64,000 bases of DNA, from positions 160,001 through 224,000 of the forward strand of contig JAVJQW010000011.1 in assembly GCA_040218735.1 (NCBI GenBank), in the 5' to 3' direction. This stretch comes from Deltaproteobacteria bacterium (lineage in GTDB: Bacteria; Myxococcota; Kuafuiibacteriia; Kuafuiibacteriales; Kuafuiibacteriaceae). The translations under genes were made by a program, and so were the position numbers. Positions 21,067 to 31,008 of the stretch are shown one piece after another (within the stretch, counting starts at the first letter, position 1; the number at the start of each line of letters is the position of its first letter). The notes below the pieces were generated by a model. The model had not been told where the DNA came from. It did not search any database and saw only the letters and a list, made by a program, of their open reading frames with translations.

Positions 21067-22835
21067 GTTCCCTCCATGACTTCGATCGTCTGCGTGCCGC
21101 TGAGCACCTCGATCGTCTTGCTGGTCAGGATGTCGTCGGGCGTCTCGACGCGGAGGCGGTGTGCTCCGACCTCCAGCTCGACCGTCGCCCCGACCGCGAC
21201 GGGCTCGTCGTCGATGAACAGGGTCGCGCCGTCCGGCACCCCCGCGAAGGACACGCGCCCCACGGTGGACTGCAACGCGAAGTCGAGGCGCTTCGACTTG
21301 TCACCGACCTCGACCGTCGCGCTCTTCGGGACGTGCCCGGGTTTTTCGACGCGGATCTGTACGCTGCGCCCGCGCAGCAGATCGGAGAGCACGGTCGGCG
21401 TGAAGACGCCGCGCGGCTGCCCGTCGACGAACACCATCGCGCCGGGCGGCGTCGAGGCGACCGCGACCGTTCCGTAACGCACGACCGGATTCGCGGGCGA
21501 CTCCGATTCGCCGCCGAGCACGAACGCGAGACCGCCGAACGCGAGGAGCACCGCGAGGCACACGCCGATGACCCAGCCCATCGAACGCCGCGGCGGGGCC
21601 GCTTCCGGGTTCACGGTCTCGGAGATGATCGACACGTCGACGAAGGATGCGGAAGGCTGCGCGGTGATCGACGAGCCCCCCGCCGCGGACGTCGACCACA
21701 CCGGCCTCGAGTGCGTCACGGTCCGCACGGGCTCCGAGACGTCGAGCGCCGACTCGACCTGCGACCGCTTGGTGCGACGGCTCATTCGGATCGCGGCGGC
21801 GACGTTGCGCTCGAGATCCATCCCCTGCGCGACGGCGCGCTTCACGGCGGCGGCTTCGTCACCGAACAGCGACGTCAGCCACACGCCCGTCTCCCGCGCG
21901 CTGGGGCGGTTCGCGTGTAGCGCGAAGTACTCGTCGAGCGCGCTCGCGAGCGCCTCGGCGCTCGCGAAGCGTCGATCCGGATCGCGTTCCAACGCGCGCA
22001 TCACGATGCGGTCGACGATCTCGGGGAGCTCCGATCGTTGTCCGCTCGGCAGCGGGACGGCGGCGGTGCGCACCGCTTCGACCGTGAGCGCCTCCGCCTT
22101 CCGCTTGAAGAGCGGCTTCGTCATCAGCAGCTCCCACAGGAGTATGCCGAGCGCGAAGACGTCGGTGCGGCGATCGATCTTTCCGTCGACCAACTGCTCG
22201 GGTGCGGAGTGCGCGAGCTTGCCCTTGAAGCCACCGATGCGTGTGTCGCCGCGGTCGAGCATCGTCGCCTTCGCGATGCCGAAGTCGAGCACCTTCACGT
22301 CGCCGTGGTAGGTGACGATCACATTCGACGGGCTGATGTCTCGGTGAACGAGGTTCATCGGGTTGCCGTGCGGGTCCCGGAACTCGTGTGCGTAGTGCAG
22401 CCCTTCGGCGCACTGTTGGACGATCGCACACGCCATGCGGGTGGGCACGACGATCTGCTGCTTACGGCAACGCCGCAGGATCGACAGGACGTCCTCACCC
22501 GGCAGGTACTCCATCGCGATGAAGTACTGCCCGTCCGACTCGCCGAGCTCGTGGGTCGCGACGACGTTCGGGTGGTGCAGCTGCGCTGCGATGCGCGCCT
22601 CGTCGAGGAACATCGCCTTGAAACGTTTGCTCTTCGCGAGGTGCGGCAGGACGCGCTTGAGCACGACGATCTTCGTGAACCCTTCGATGCCCTCCTGGAC
22701 GGCGATGTAGATGTTCGCCATCCCGCCCTGCGCGAGTTTGCCGACGAGGCGGTAGCGGCCGATCGTGCGACCGGTCAGGCCTTCGTCCCAATCGCCCGTA
22801 TCGGCCGCAGACCCATGTTCCCAACCCGTGCTCAC
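21063..22835 (-). CDS. Ser/Thr protein kinase with TM helix and PEGA domain
   Basis: GGMA, HRDISPSN, DFGIAK, APE, DVFALG; C-terminal STPPGAMVFVDG; start uncertain. Confidence 0.92.
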   Translation of the reverse strand: MSTGWEHGSAADTGDWDEGLTGRTIGRYRLVGKLAQGGMANIYIAVQEGIEGFTKIVVLKRVLPHLAKSKRFKAMFLDEARIAAQLHHPNVVATHELGESDGQYFIAMEYLPGEDVLSILRRCRKQQIVVPTRMACAIVQQCAEGLHYAHEFRDPHGNPMNLVHRDISPSNVIVTYHGDVKVLDFGIAKATMLDRGDTRIGGFKGKLAHSAPEQLVDGKIDRRTDVFALGILLWELLMTKPLFKRKAEALTVEAVRTAAVPLPSGQRSELPEIVDRIVMRALERDPDRRFASAEALASALDEYFALHANRPSARETGVWLTSLFGDEAAAVKRAVAQGMDLERNVAAAIRMSRRTKRSQVESALDVSEPVRTVTHSRPVWSTSAAGGSSITAQPSASFVDVSIISETVNPEAAPPRRSMGWVIGVCLAVLLAFGGLAFVLGGESESPANPVVRYGTVAVASTPPGAMVFVDGQPRGVFTPTVLSDLLRGRSVQIRVEKPGHVPKSATVEVGDKSKRLDFALQSTVGRVSFAGVPDGATLFIDDEPVAVGATVELEVGAHRLRVETPDDILTSKTIEVLSGTQTIEVMEGT

Positions 22836-22953
22836 GACGTCGTTCGTATCCGCCGGAAAAGGTAACGAGGTTCCGAGGTTCACGCCAGCAACTCGTGTGG
22901 ACCGCGGGGGCGCGATTCGTATAGCAGTGAAGGCGGTGGCACGAAGTGACTCG

Positions 22954-24435
22954 ATGCTTCGCCGACTGACGCGCCTCGGAGGAGGCGGTGGTCGAAGTGC
23001 GCTCGAGAAGGCCCAACGCGCCATCGCCGCCAACGACCCGCGCACCGCAGCCGTGCACACCGAAGAGGCGTTTCGTCGCCTGTCCCCCGACGACGGCACC
23101 TCCTGGCTCCACCTGGGCGATCTCGTCACGATGCTGGATCGCCTCGAATCCGCCCAGCTCGCCTACGAACGTGCCGCACAGGACGCACGCGTTCGACCCA
23201 CCGCGCTCGCGCGACTCGCGGCGCTTCACCTGCAGGAGGACCGCGGCGCGGACGCGGAGCAGGTCGCCACGATGGGGCTCGAAACCGCACCGCGCGACCC
23301 GATGCTGCGCTGGCTTCAGGCGCTCGGCGTGGAGAGGACCCGGGGGGCCGGTGCCGCACTGGAGCTGTTGCTCGACCTCGCACACGACGAACCGGAGTTC
23401 GTGCACGCGTACCGCGACGTAGGACGACTCTCGGCGAAGACCGACGACGTGTATGCATGCATCGAAGCCTGGCGCCGCGTGGTCGAGCTCGCGCCGGACG
23501 ACTTGGAGGCGCAGACCGCGCTGGGGATCGCGCTGACGGAGGCCGGCGAGAACGACTACGGCGTGGAGGTGCTGGAGCGCGTCGTCGCGCGGAGGGGCGA
23601 TCACCCGCCGTACGTCGCCAACCTCGGGCTCGCGCTGTTCCGGTCCCGGCGCCACGACGAAGCGCTCGACGTCCTGGAGCGAGCGACGGCGCGTTGGCCC
23701 GACGAAGCCCACGTGCTCGTCAACCTGGGCGTCGTGCTCGAGCAGCTCGAACACTACGACCGAGCGGTCACGGTGCTCCGTCGCGCCGTGGACGTCGCGC
23801 CGCACTTCGCACCGGCTCATTTCAACCTCGGCCACGCCCTGTCCGGCCGCGGTGAGACCGGCGCGGCCGCGCTCGCCTTCGCCCGGGCGGCGGAGCTGGC
23901 GCCCGACGACCCCGAGATCCTGGCCGCGCGGCCCCCGGACGCGATGGAGGACAGCCTCACGGGGACGCTGTCTTCGTTGTCCTTGGATGCGCTCGTCGAG
24001 CTGATTCGCGCCCGGCGCACGAGCGGGCGCCTGATGATCGTGACGCCGGACGGCAACGCCTCGGCGCTGCACCTCGTCGAAGGCCAGGTGAGCTCGGCGC
24101 ACGCGACGGGCATCGATCTCGTCGACCGCATCGTTCGCAACGGTCTCGCGTCGCCGAACTTCCTCGATCGCATCGAAGACGACATCGACCCCCACCGTCA
24201 CCCCGAGCGCGTGGGTGCCTTACTCGTAAGGAGGTTCGGCGCAGACCCGGCAGCTTGGCGTCGAGTCCTCCTGCAGCATACGGAAGTGTCTCTCGCGCGC
24301 ATGCTCCACCAGCGCGACGGGCGCTTTACGCTCGTCCACGAGTCGTTCCCGTCGTTCGGAATCGACGCCGATCCGCGATCGCTCATCGCGAAGATTCGCA
24401 GCGAGCAGACCCAAGACTTCGATCGGGATCGCTGA
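22954..24435 (+). CDS. TPR-repeat protein with C-terminal DUF4388-like domain
   Basis: Multiple NLG/A..P TPR motifs; LTGTLSSLSLDALVELI...GRFTL. Confidence 0.8.
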   Translation: MLRRLTRLGGGGGRSALEKAQRAIAANDPRTAAVHTEEAFRRLSPDDGTSWLHLGDLVTMLDRLESAQLAYERAAQDARVRPTALARLAALHLQEDRGADAEQVATMGLETAPRDPMLRWLQALGVERTRGAGAALELLLDLAHDEPEFVHAYRDVGRLSAKTDDVYACIEAWRRVVELAPDDLEAQTALGIALTEAGENDYGVEVLERVVARRGDHPPYVANLGLALFRSRRHDEALDVLERATARWPDEAHVLVNLGVVLEQLEHYDRAVTVLRRAVDVAPHFAPAHFNLGHALSGRGETGAAALAFARAAELAPDDPEILAARPPDAMEDSLTGTLSSLSLDALVELIRARRTSGRLMIVTPDGNASALHLVEGQVSSAHATGIDLVDRIVRNGLASPNFLDRIEDDIDPHRHPERVGALLVRRFGADPAAWRRVLLQHTEVSLARMLHQRDGRFTLVHESFPSFGIDADPRSLIAKIRSEQTQDFDRDR

Positions 24436-24468
24436 GTCAGAACGACCTCGTCGCCTTGCTGGCCTCTA

Positions 24469-25881
24469 GTGATTGAGCTATTCCGACCGTCGGTGAGAAG
24501 CGCGACGATCGCGGTAGTCCTGCCCCTGCTCCTCCTCGCGTCCACGGCGCACGCTCAAGAAGACGACGACGGCGGGAGTGACATCGCGCCAAGCCTTCCT
24601 CCGATCGAAGACGAAGAGTCCGATCCGGCGCTCGACGAGATTTACGATCGCCTCGACGAGATCGAGGAACGCCTCAACGGTCCCGACCCGTCGACGTACG
24701 CGATCCGTGGAATCGAAGTGGACCTGAACGGCTACGTCGACTTCGGCTTCTTCGTTCCGATCGGCAACGACGGTGTCGGTTGGGTGCAGGACTTCGGCAA
24801 CGCCGCGTTCCCCGAGTACCAAGGTCAGTACGGCTGGGTCTTCCTGGGCGACATCCTCGCGACGACCGTCAACTCACGCGGTGAGGCGGCGGACCTCGGC
24901 GACGCACCGGGCGCGAACCGATTCGACTCGATCAACTCGCGCGGCGCGCCCGGCTTCGCCGTCAACGAGTTCAACCTTCGGCTCCAAGCGGAGCTCGGCG
25001 CCGACGTCGTGCTGCGCACCAGCGTCAACTTCGTCCCCCGCACCGGCAACGAGTTCGCGCTCGGCGACTTCGTCGAAGTCGACCTCGCGGAGATGGAGTG
25101 GATCCTGACCGAGGACGGCGGCACTTCGATCTTCGTCGGCAAGTCGCTGCCGACGTTCGGCATCGAGTACAAGATTCGGAAGTCGGATCAGCGGCGCGGC
25201 GTCACGCCGTCCTTGATCCACCGCTACACGTCGGGCTCGCAGCTCGGCCTCAAGATTCGCAGCAAGCTGCTCGACGACTGGGTCGTGCTGGCGGCGTCGG
25301 TCACGAACAACTCGATGACGACCGAGCAGTTCCACTTCTACGACGAGATCGACAGCAACATCGGCAAGACGCTCAACGGTCGCGCGGCGGTGCGCATCCC
25401 GATCGGTCGCTTCATCTCCGCCGCCACCGGGCACACGTTGGAGATCGGCGCGTCGGGAACGTTCGGCGCGCAGGACCGCGCGCTCGATAGCGAGGACAAC
25501 ATGTGGTTCGTCGGCGTGGACTTCGAGTACCGCGCGACGTCCTTCGGTGTGCGCGGCCAGTGGATCCGCGGCGGCGCCCCCGGCAACCCGGAGGACGGCG
25601 TGTGGATGCTGGACCTGAACGACTCCGGGTACGTCGAGCTCGACTGGCTCGTGTTGCCGTTCCTCGGGCTCCACGTGCGCGGCGGGATGCGCGACGCGTT
25701 CGTCGCGCTCGGGACCGAGCGCGCCTATCTCACCAAGAACTACCGCGTCACGGCGGGTGCGCAGTTCGTGTTCACCCCGCAGATCACGCTGAAGACCGAA
25801 TATCTCTACAACGGAGAGTTTGGTGGCGTGGCATCCTTTACCAACGACATCTTCACTTCGTCGTTGCTGCTGAAGTTCTGA
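24469..25881 (+). CDS. Outer-membrane beta-barrel (porin-like) protein
   Basis: Signal peptide (AHA), short coiled coil, alternating beta strands, terminal Phe. Confidence 0.72.
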   Translation: MIELFRPSVRSATIAVVLPLLLLASTAHAQEDDDGGSDIAPSLPPIEDEESDPALDEIYDRLDEIEERLNGPDPSTYAIRGIEVDLNGYVDFGFFVPIGNDGVGWVQDFGNAAFPEYQGQYGWVFLGDILATTVNSRGEAADLGDAPGANRFDSINSRGAPGFAVNEFNLRLQAELGADVVLRTSVNFVPRTGNEFALGDFVEVDLAEMEWILTEDGGTSIFVGKSLPTFGIEYKIRKSDQRRGVTPSLIHRYTSGSQLGLKIRSKLLDDWVVLAASVTNNSMTTEQFHFYDEIDSNIGKTLNGRAAVRIPIGRFISAATGHTLEIGASGTFGAQDRALDSEDNMWFVGVDFEYRATSFGVRGQWIRGGAPGNPEDGVWMLDLNDSGYVELDWLVLPFLGLHVRGGMRDAFVALGTERAYLTKNYRVTAGAQFVFTPQITLKTEYLYNGEFGGVASFTNDIFTSSLLLKF

Positions 25882-25897
25882 AGCGAGGTCATTCGAG

Positions 25898-27547
25898 ATG
25901 AAGCGCGCATACAACATCCTCGGCGCCGCGATCGTCGCGAGCGCGTTCGGGTCGACGTCTTGTGACTCGCTGTGCGGAGACGCGAGCTGCCGAATCACCG
26001 AAGCGGAGTGGACCCGCATCAGCTCGCTCGCCGGGCTCGGCGATCCGATGCCGGACCCGGTGAACAAGTACGCGGGCGTCGGCGACGTCGCCGCGGAGAC
26101 ACTCGGGCAGCAGTTCTACTTCGACGGTCGGTTCTCCGGCGTGTCGAGGCAGCGCGACACCCTCGGGCGCTTCGTCGGTACGGGACGTGCGCCGCTCGGT
26201 GACCAGATCAACACGTCGTGCGCGGACTGCCACGACCCGCGCAACGGCGGCACCGACCGCACCTCGTCGCCGGGGCACGTGTCGGTCGGCGCGGGCTGGT
26301 ACGACGTCAACTCGCAGGCGACGGTGAACTCGGCGTACTACCAGGTGAAGTACTGGAACGGTCGCTACGACTCCCTCGTCTGGCAGATCCTCGCGGTGAA
26401 CGAGAGCGGCGTGTCGCAGAACTCGACGCGCCTCAAGGACGCGTGGCTCATCCACGACCTCTACCTCGACGCGTACAACCAGGTGTTCGGCGACGACCAC
26501 CCATTCCCGTTCGACTACCGCGACGACGGCCTCACACGTTCCTCGATGATCTCCATGCTGGAGCCGGACGGGACGTGCACGTTGGTCCAGACTTCGTCGA
26601 CCGCGGACCCGACCTGCCCGCTCGAAACCACGTCCGGCCAACCGCTCTGCCACGAGGTCGACAACGGCGGAACGACGCTCTGCCTCCCGCTATGGCCGCC
26701 GAACGGTAAGCCGGGGAACAAGATCAACGGCGACACGGACTGTGACCTCGCGGCCTTCTCACCGGGTACGGATCCGCAGTCCGACAACTTCGACGCGTTC
26801 GACTGCATGCCCGACGACAACCAGAGCGACATCACGCGGGTGTACGTGAACTTCGCGAAGGCGATCGCCGCGTACGAGTACCTGCTCGTGAGCAAGAACT
26901 CGGCGTTCGACAAGTGGGTCGAAGAAGGCGCGGACTCGGAGCTCATCTCGGCGAGCGCGCGGCGCGGGGCACGGCTGTTCGTCGGCAAGGCAGCTTGCAT
27001 CGACTGTCACAACACGCCGCTGATGTCCGACGACCTGTTCCACAACATCGGCGTTCCGCAGGTCGGCGCCGCGGTGCCGACGGAGGCGGACTGCCCCGAG
27101 GGTGCGAGCTGCGACTGTGTCACGCCGGACTCGAGGAGCTGTCGAGCGTGGGGCGCCTACGGCGGGCTGTTTGCGCTGCAGGGCGGCTCGAACCGCGGCG
27201 ACAACTGCGACAACGCGTTCGTCGACGCGTGCAACGACACGCGCCAGCCCTACTACGACCTGGAGATCACCGACGCCTTCAAGGGCGCGTGGCGCACGCC
27301 GTCGCTGCGTTCGGTCGCGCTGACGGCGCCGTACATGCACAGCGGTGCGCTCCAGACGCTGCAGGACGTCGTCGAGCACTACAACTACGGAGGCACCCGC
27401 GACGGCGCGGCGACCGACCAGCTCTCGGTTCGAATCGCGCCGCTCGGCCTGACGGACCGCGAGATCCTGGACCTCGTGGCGTTCCTCGAATCCCTGAACG
27501 GCGAGGCGCTCCCGCTCGACCTCGTCACCTCACCCGAGTTGCCCTGA
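25898..27547 (+). CDS. Diheme cytochrome-c peroxidase/MauG-family lipoprotein with Cys-rich inserts
   Basis: CADCH, YWNGR, CIDCH, FHNIG, RTPSLRSVALTAPYMHSG. Confidence 0.88.
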   Translation: MKRAYNILGAAIVASAFGSTSCDSLCGDASCRITEAEWTRISSLAGLGDPMPDPVNKYAGVGDVAAETLGQQFYFDGRFSGVSRQRDTLGRFVGTGRAPLGDQINTSCADCHDPRNGGTDRTSSPGHVSVGAGWYDVNSQATVNSAYYQVKYWNGRYDSLVWQILAVNESGVSQNSTRLKDAWLIHDLYLDAYNQVFGDDHPFPFDYRDDGLTRSSMISMLEPDGTCTLVQTSSTADPTCPLETTSGQPLCHEVDNGGTTLCLPLWPPNGKPGNKINGDTDCDLAAFSPGTDPQSDNFDAFDCMPDDNQSDITRVYVNFAKAIAAYEYLLVSKNSAFDKWVEEGADSELISASARRGARLFVGKAACIDCHNTPLMSDDLFHNIGVPQVGAAVPTEADCPEGASCDCVTPDSRSCRAWGAYGGLFALQGGSNRGDNCDNAFVDACNDTRQPYYDLEITDAFKGAWRTPSLRSVALTAPYMHSGALQTLQDVVEHYNYGGTRDGAATDQLSVRIAPLGLTDREILDLVAFLESLNGEALPLDLVTSPELP

Positions 27548-28065
27548 TGCGAAGAACATCCTGGCTCCTGTGCGCCGCCCTCGGGTGCGCATCGTCCTCC
27601 ACCTCGAACACGATCGAGCCGGACGCACCGCGCCCGAAGGTCGGTGCGGCGTGGTTCACGATGCGCGCGCAGCAGCTCGGCGTCTCCATGACGGACGCGA
27701 AGAAACGCGACGCGACGTTCGACCCGGGGACGGTGCCGACCGACTTCTGGAACCCGGCGACGGCGACGAACACCGGCGCGGTGTGGAACGCGCTGTGCGC
27801 GGAGTGCCACGGCGGCCAGATGGATCCGGGTGACGCCGCGAAGCTCCCCGCGCCCGCGGTGGGCTGGGGCACCGGCACGGGACGCATCTTCGCGGAGGAC
27901 CGCCCGCTGCCGGCGGCGTACGCGAAGATCTTCGACGGCTCCGACGACCCGAAGAAGATGCCGCCGTGGAAGGACAGACTCTCGCGCGAGCAGATCTGGG
28001 CGCTCGTGCACTTCGTCGAGCAGCTCTCGAACACCGCCTCGGCGCGTGTGTACCTCGAAAAGTAG
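27547..28065 (+). CDS. Monoheme c-type cytochrome lipoprotein (paralog B)
   Basis: ATG overlaps upstream TGA; ALGC lipobox, CAECH, MPPW, IWALVHFV. Confidence 0.82.
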   Translation: MRRTSWLLCAALGCASSSTSNTIEPDAPRPKVGAAWFTMRAQQLGVSMTDAKKRDATFDPGTVPTDFWNPATATNTGAVWNALCAECHGGQMDPGDAAKLPAPAVGWGTGTGRIFAEDRPLPAAYAKIFDGSDDPKKMPPWKDRLSREQIWALVHFVEQLSNTASARVYLEK

Positions 28066-28074
28066 TAGCCGCGG

Positions 28075-28791
28075 TCAGCCCGGCAGCACGCCGGTCTCGA
28101 CCTGGAGCTGGTGAAGGCGCGTTTCGGCGTCGCCGTGGATGCGGACGTCCTTGGCGTTCGCTTCCGCGAGGGCGTGGACGAAGAACTCGTCGAGCGGGTG
28201 GGTGTCGCGTTCGTTCCACGCGTCGACGATCGCCTTGTGTCTCGCCCACCGCTCGAGCGCGAGCTCGACGTGCCCGAGGAACGCGCGCTCGTCTTCCGGT
28301 CGAATCGCGTAGGCGACCGGGCACGCCACCGAGCCGGGGCCGCCCCGTTGGGTGTCGGTCGCCCAGCCGACGGGGTACGTGCGGCACCCGGTCGGGCGCG
28401 CCGCGTAGACGCCGCAGCGCTGGTAGCCGCCGATGTCGACGAGCTGGTTGCACCGCCCGGTCTCGGGGTCATGGATCAGCTCGAGCTCGGCGTGGCCGGT
28501 CCAGCCGACGGCGGCGTGCTGGATGCGGGGGTCCGCCTCGACGGCGAAGCTGTGTTCGTGCGGTGCGACGGTGCGGACGACGAGCGCCGCCGACAGGGGT
28601 ACGTCGATCGACCGACACAGCGCGACGGCGTCGTCCACGGCGACCTTCACGCGCAGGTGGCAGCAGTGCGCCGGGCACACGGCGCAGGGTTCGACGACGG
28701 GTCGGTAGGGCGCGATCTTCGTGGTGGGGACGCCGTTTTCGTCGCAGCGGGGCGTCAACGGGTGCGGCGTCAGGCGAAGCACGTCGGACAC
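28075..28791 (-). CDS. YkgJ-family (CxxCxxxCC) cysteine-cluster protein
   Basis: CAVCPAHCC...GRC...CGVYAARPTGCRTYP; start uncertain. Confidence 0.8.
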   Translation of the reverse strand: MSDVLRLTPHPLTPRCDENGVPTTKIAPYRPVVEPCAVCPAHCCHLRVKVAVDDAVALCRSIDVPLSAALVVRTVAPHEHSFAVEADPRIQHAAVGWTGHAELELIHDPETGRCNQLVDIGGYQRCGVYAARPTGCRTYPVGWATDTQRGGPGSVACPVAYAIRPEDERAFLGHVELALERWARHKAIVDAWNERDTHPLDEFFVHALAEANAKDVRIHGDAETRLHQLQVETGVLPG

Positions 28792-28965
28792 TCGGCCGAG
28801 GATGCCTGACTTCGCGCGCTTTTGCCGCAACCCGCACATGGCCCCACCGATAACCACAATCAGCGCGGCGTGTCGCTTGTGTCCCTGCGACCCGCCCATC
28901 CCCCGCGACGGACGACTGGGCCGGTCGTCCGTCGCGGATCCCAATTTCCTTCGTATCCTCGCGTC

Positions 28966-29850
28966 ATGCCGGAGCTACCGGACGTCACCGTCTACGTCGA
29001 AGCGCTCGCGGAGCGCGTGGTCGGCGAGGTGCTCGAGAAGATCCGCCTGAAGAGCCCGTTCGTCCTCCGCTCGGTGCGCCCGCGGCCGCGGGTGTTGGAG
29101 GGGAAGACGTGCACGGGGATGCGGCGCATCGGGAAGCGCATCGTCTTCGAGTTCGAGGACGACCTCTTCCTCGTCATCCACCTGATGGTCGCGGGGCGTT
29201 TCAAGTGGGGGAAGAAGGGTGCCGCGGTGCCGGGGCGCATCGGCCTCGGTGCGTTCGACTTCGCGTCGGGCACGTTGTTGTTCACGGAGGCGAGCTCGAA
29301 GAAACGCGCGTCGATTCACGTGGTGGAGGGCGCCGAGAACCTCGCGGAGCACGACCGCGGTGGCTTGGAGGTCATGGGGGTCTCGCTCGCGGCGTTCAAG
29401 GAGCGACTCACGCGCAAGAACCACACCCTCAAACGCGCGATGACCGACCCGCGCATCTTCTCGGGCATCGGTAACGCGTACTCCGACGAGATCCTCTTCC
29501 ACGCGCACCTGTCACCGATGAAACTCACGCAGAAGATCTCGGACGAGGAGATCGAGCGCCTGCACGCCGCGACGCAGTCCACGCTCGAACAGTGGACCCA
29601 GACGCTCCGCGACGAAGCGAAGGCCGGCTTCCCGACCAAGGTCACCGCGTTCCGCGACGAGATGGCGGTGCACGGGAAGTACAAACAGCCGTGCCCCGTG
29701 TGCGGGAACAAGGTGCAGCGCATCGTCTACGCCGAGAACGAGACGAACTACTGCGCGACCTGTCAGAACGGCGGGAAGCTGCTGAAGGACCGGAGCCTGT
29801 CGCGGCTGCTGAAGGACGACTGGCCTAAGACGGTGGAAGATATGGAGTGA
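28966..29850 (+). CDS. Fpg/Nei family DNA glycosylase
   Basis: MPELPDV N-terminus, HLMVAG, GIGNAYSDEIL (H2TH), CPVC/CATC zinc finger. Confidence 0.92.
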   Translation: MPELPDVTVYVEALAERVVGEVLEKIRLKSPFVLRSVRPRPRVLEGKTCTGMRRIGKRIVFEFEDDLFLVIHLMVAGRFKWGKKGAAVPGRIGLGAFDFASGTLLFTEASSKKRASIHVVEGAENLAEHDRGGLEVMGVSLAAFKERLTRKNHTLKRAMTDPRIFSGIGNAYSDEILFHAHLSPMKLTQKISDEEIERLHAATQSTLEQWTQTLRDEAKAGFPTKVTAFRDEMAVHGKYKQPCPVCGNKVQRIVYAENETNYCATCQNGGKLLKDRSLSRLLKDDWPKTVEDME

Positions 29851-29854
29851 TCCG

Positions 29855-30895
29855 TCAGGGGTCGTACAGCTCGAGATCACCGGCGGAGATGTGGATCTCC
29901 TTCGCCTCGAACGGCGCCTCCAGCTCGGGCGCGGACTCGTCCAGGCGCTGAACCAACAACACCCGCTCCACCTTCTTGCGGATGCAGCCGATGCCCAGGA
30001 GCGCCTGCTCGCGGGCGGTACCGCCGGGGGCGAAGCAGCGGACGACGTCGACCTCCTCCGTGAGGCCGAGCATCGCGAGCTCGGTGAAGAGCTTGGCCTG
30101 GGCGCGGCGGCCGGACTGCCGGGTCCACTGCTCGTCCACGTGGATGATCGTGCGCCCCGTCTCGCTCTTGTAGCGGCGCACGAAGGCGCAAGCGTCGATG
30201 CCCTGCCCCGCGTTCTTTCGGTAGACCCACAGCTCGTAGTCGAAGCGCGGGTCGTCCTTGTAGCGCCACGTGAGCTGCTCGACGGACTTGTCGATGCCCA
30301 GCTCCACGCGCTCCTCCGGGGCAGCCATCGCGCGGCCGAGCGTGGCGAGGATCGCGTCGTCGATCGGCACGGTCGTGATCTTCGTGCGGATGCGGCGCGC
30401 CTCCTTCGCGAGTTTCCTGAACGGCGAGACCGCGCGTCGCGACAGGCGCGACGAGAGCCCCTCCAACCCGATGTAGAGGTTGCGGGCGTTGAGCTCACAG
30501 ACGAAGTCGAAGTCGAGCGACTCGAAGAACGGCTGCGCCCGCTCCGTCGCCGCGATGTAGACGTACGCGAGGCCCTCGTCGCGCGCGCGGCGGACGAGCG
30601 CGTCGATGATCTCCGAGTCGACGTCGAGGTCGCCGCTCGAGCGCCCCAACGCCCCGGTGCCGATCTGCCCCGCCGCGTACTTCTCGCCGGCGACGATCAG
30701 GTCCCCGCGCACCAGGCTGCCGAAACCGCAGATGCGCTCCTGCTCCGCGACGAACACCGCGGGCGCCTCGAACGCGCCGGGCGCGTCGACGTAGCGCCAC
30801 TTCCAGGCGTCCAAGAGGTTACGACGGGAGGAGCGGGTCTCGAAGAGCTCCGCGATCCCTTCCTCGTCGCCCGCGCGGTACTCGCGAACCTTCAC
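29855..30895 (-). CDS. GNAT-family acetyltransferase-like protein
   Basis: VREYRAGD, WKWRY, second LTWRY half; GNAT topology by eye. Confidence 0.7.
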   Translation of the reverse strand: MKVREYRAGDEEGIAELFETRSSRRNLLDAWKWRYVDAPGAFEAPAVFVAEQERICGFGSLVRGDLIVAGEKYAAGQIGTGALGRSSGDLDVDSEIIDALVRRARDEGLAYVYIAATERAQPFFESLDFDFVCELNARNLYIGLEGLSSRLSRRAVSPFRKLAKEARRIRTKITTVPIDDAILATLGRAMAAPEERVELGIDKSVEQLTWRYKDDPRFDYELWVYRKNAGQGIDACAFVRRYKSETGRTIIHVDEQWTRQSGRRAQAKLFTELAMLGLTEEVDVVRCFAPGGTAREQALLGIGCIRKKVERVLLVQRLDESAPELEAPFEAKEIHISAGDLELYDP

Positions 30896-30949
30896 GGCGC
30901 ACAGCGTACACACTCGGGGCTCTGCATCGGAGCACCTTGTTCGCGAAAT
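30893..30949. repeat. Degenerate direct repeat, copy 1 (matches 31583-31640)
   Basis: Manual alignment 51/58 columns identical, including an exact 19-mer ACAGCGTACACACTCGGGG. Confidence 0.9.
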
Positions 30950-31008
30950 CAACACGAGCTTCTGACAAACGCCGTCAGATCCCGTGCCCTCGGACTGAAG
31001 GAGGAGAC

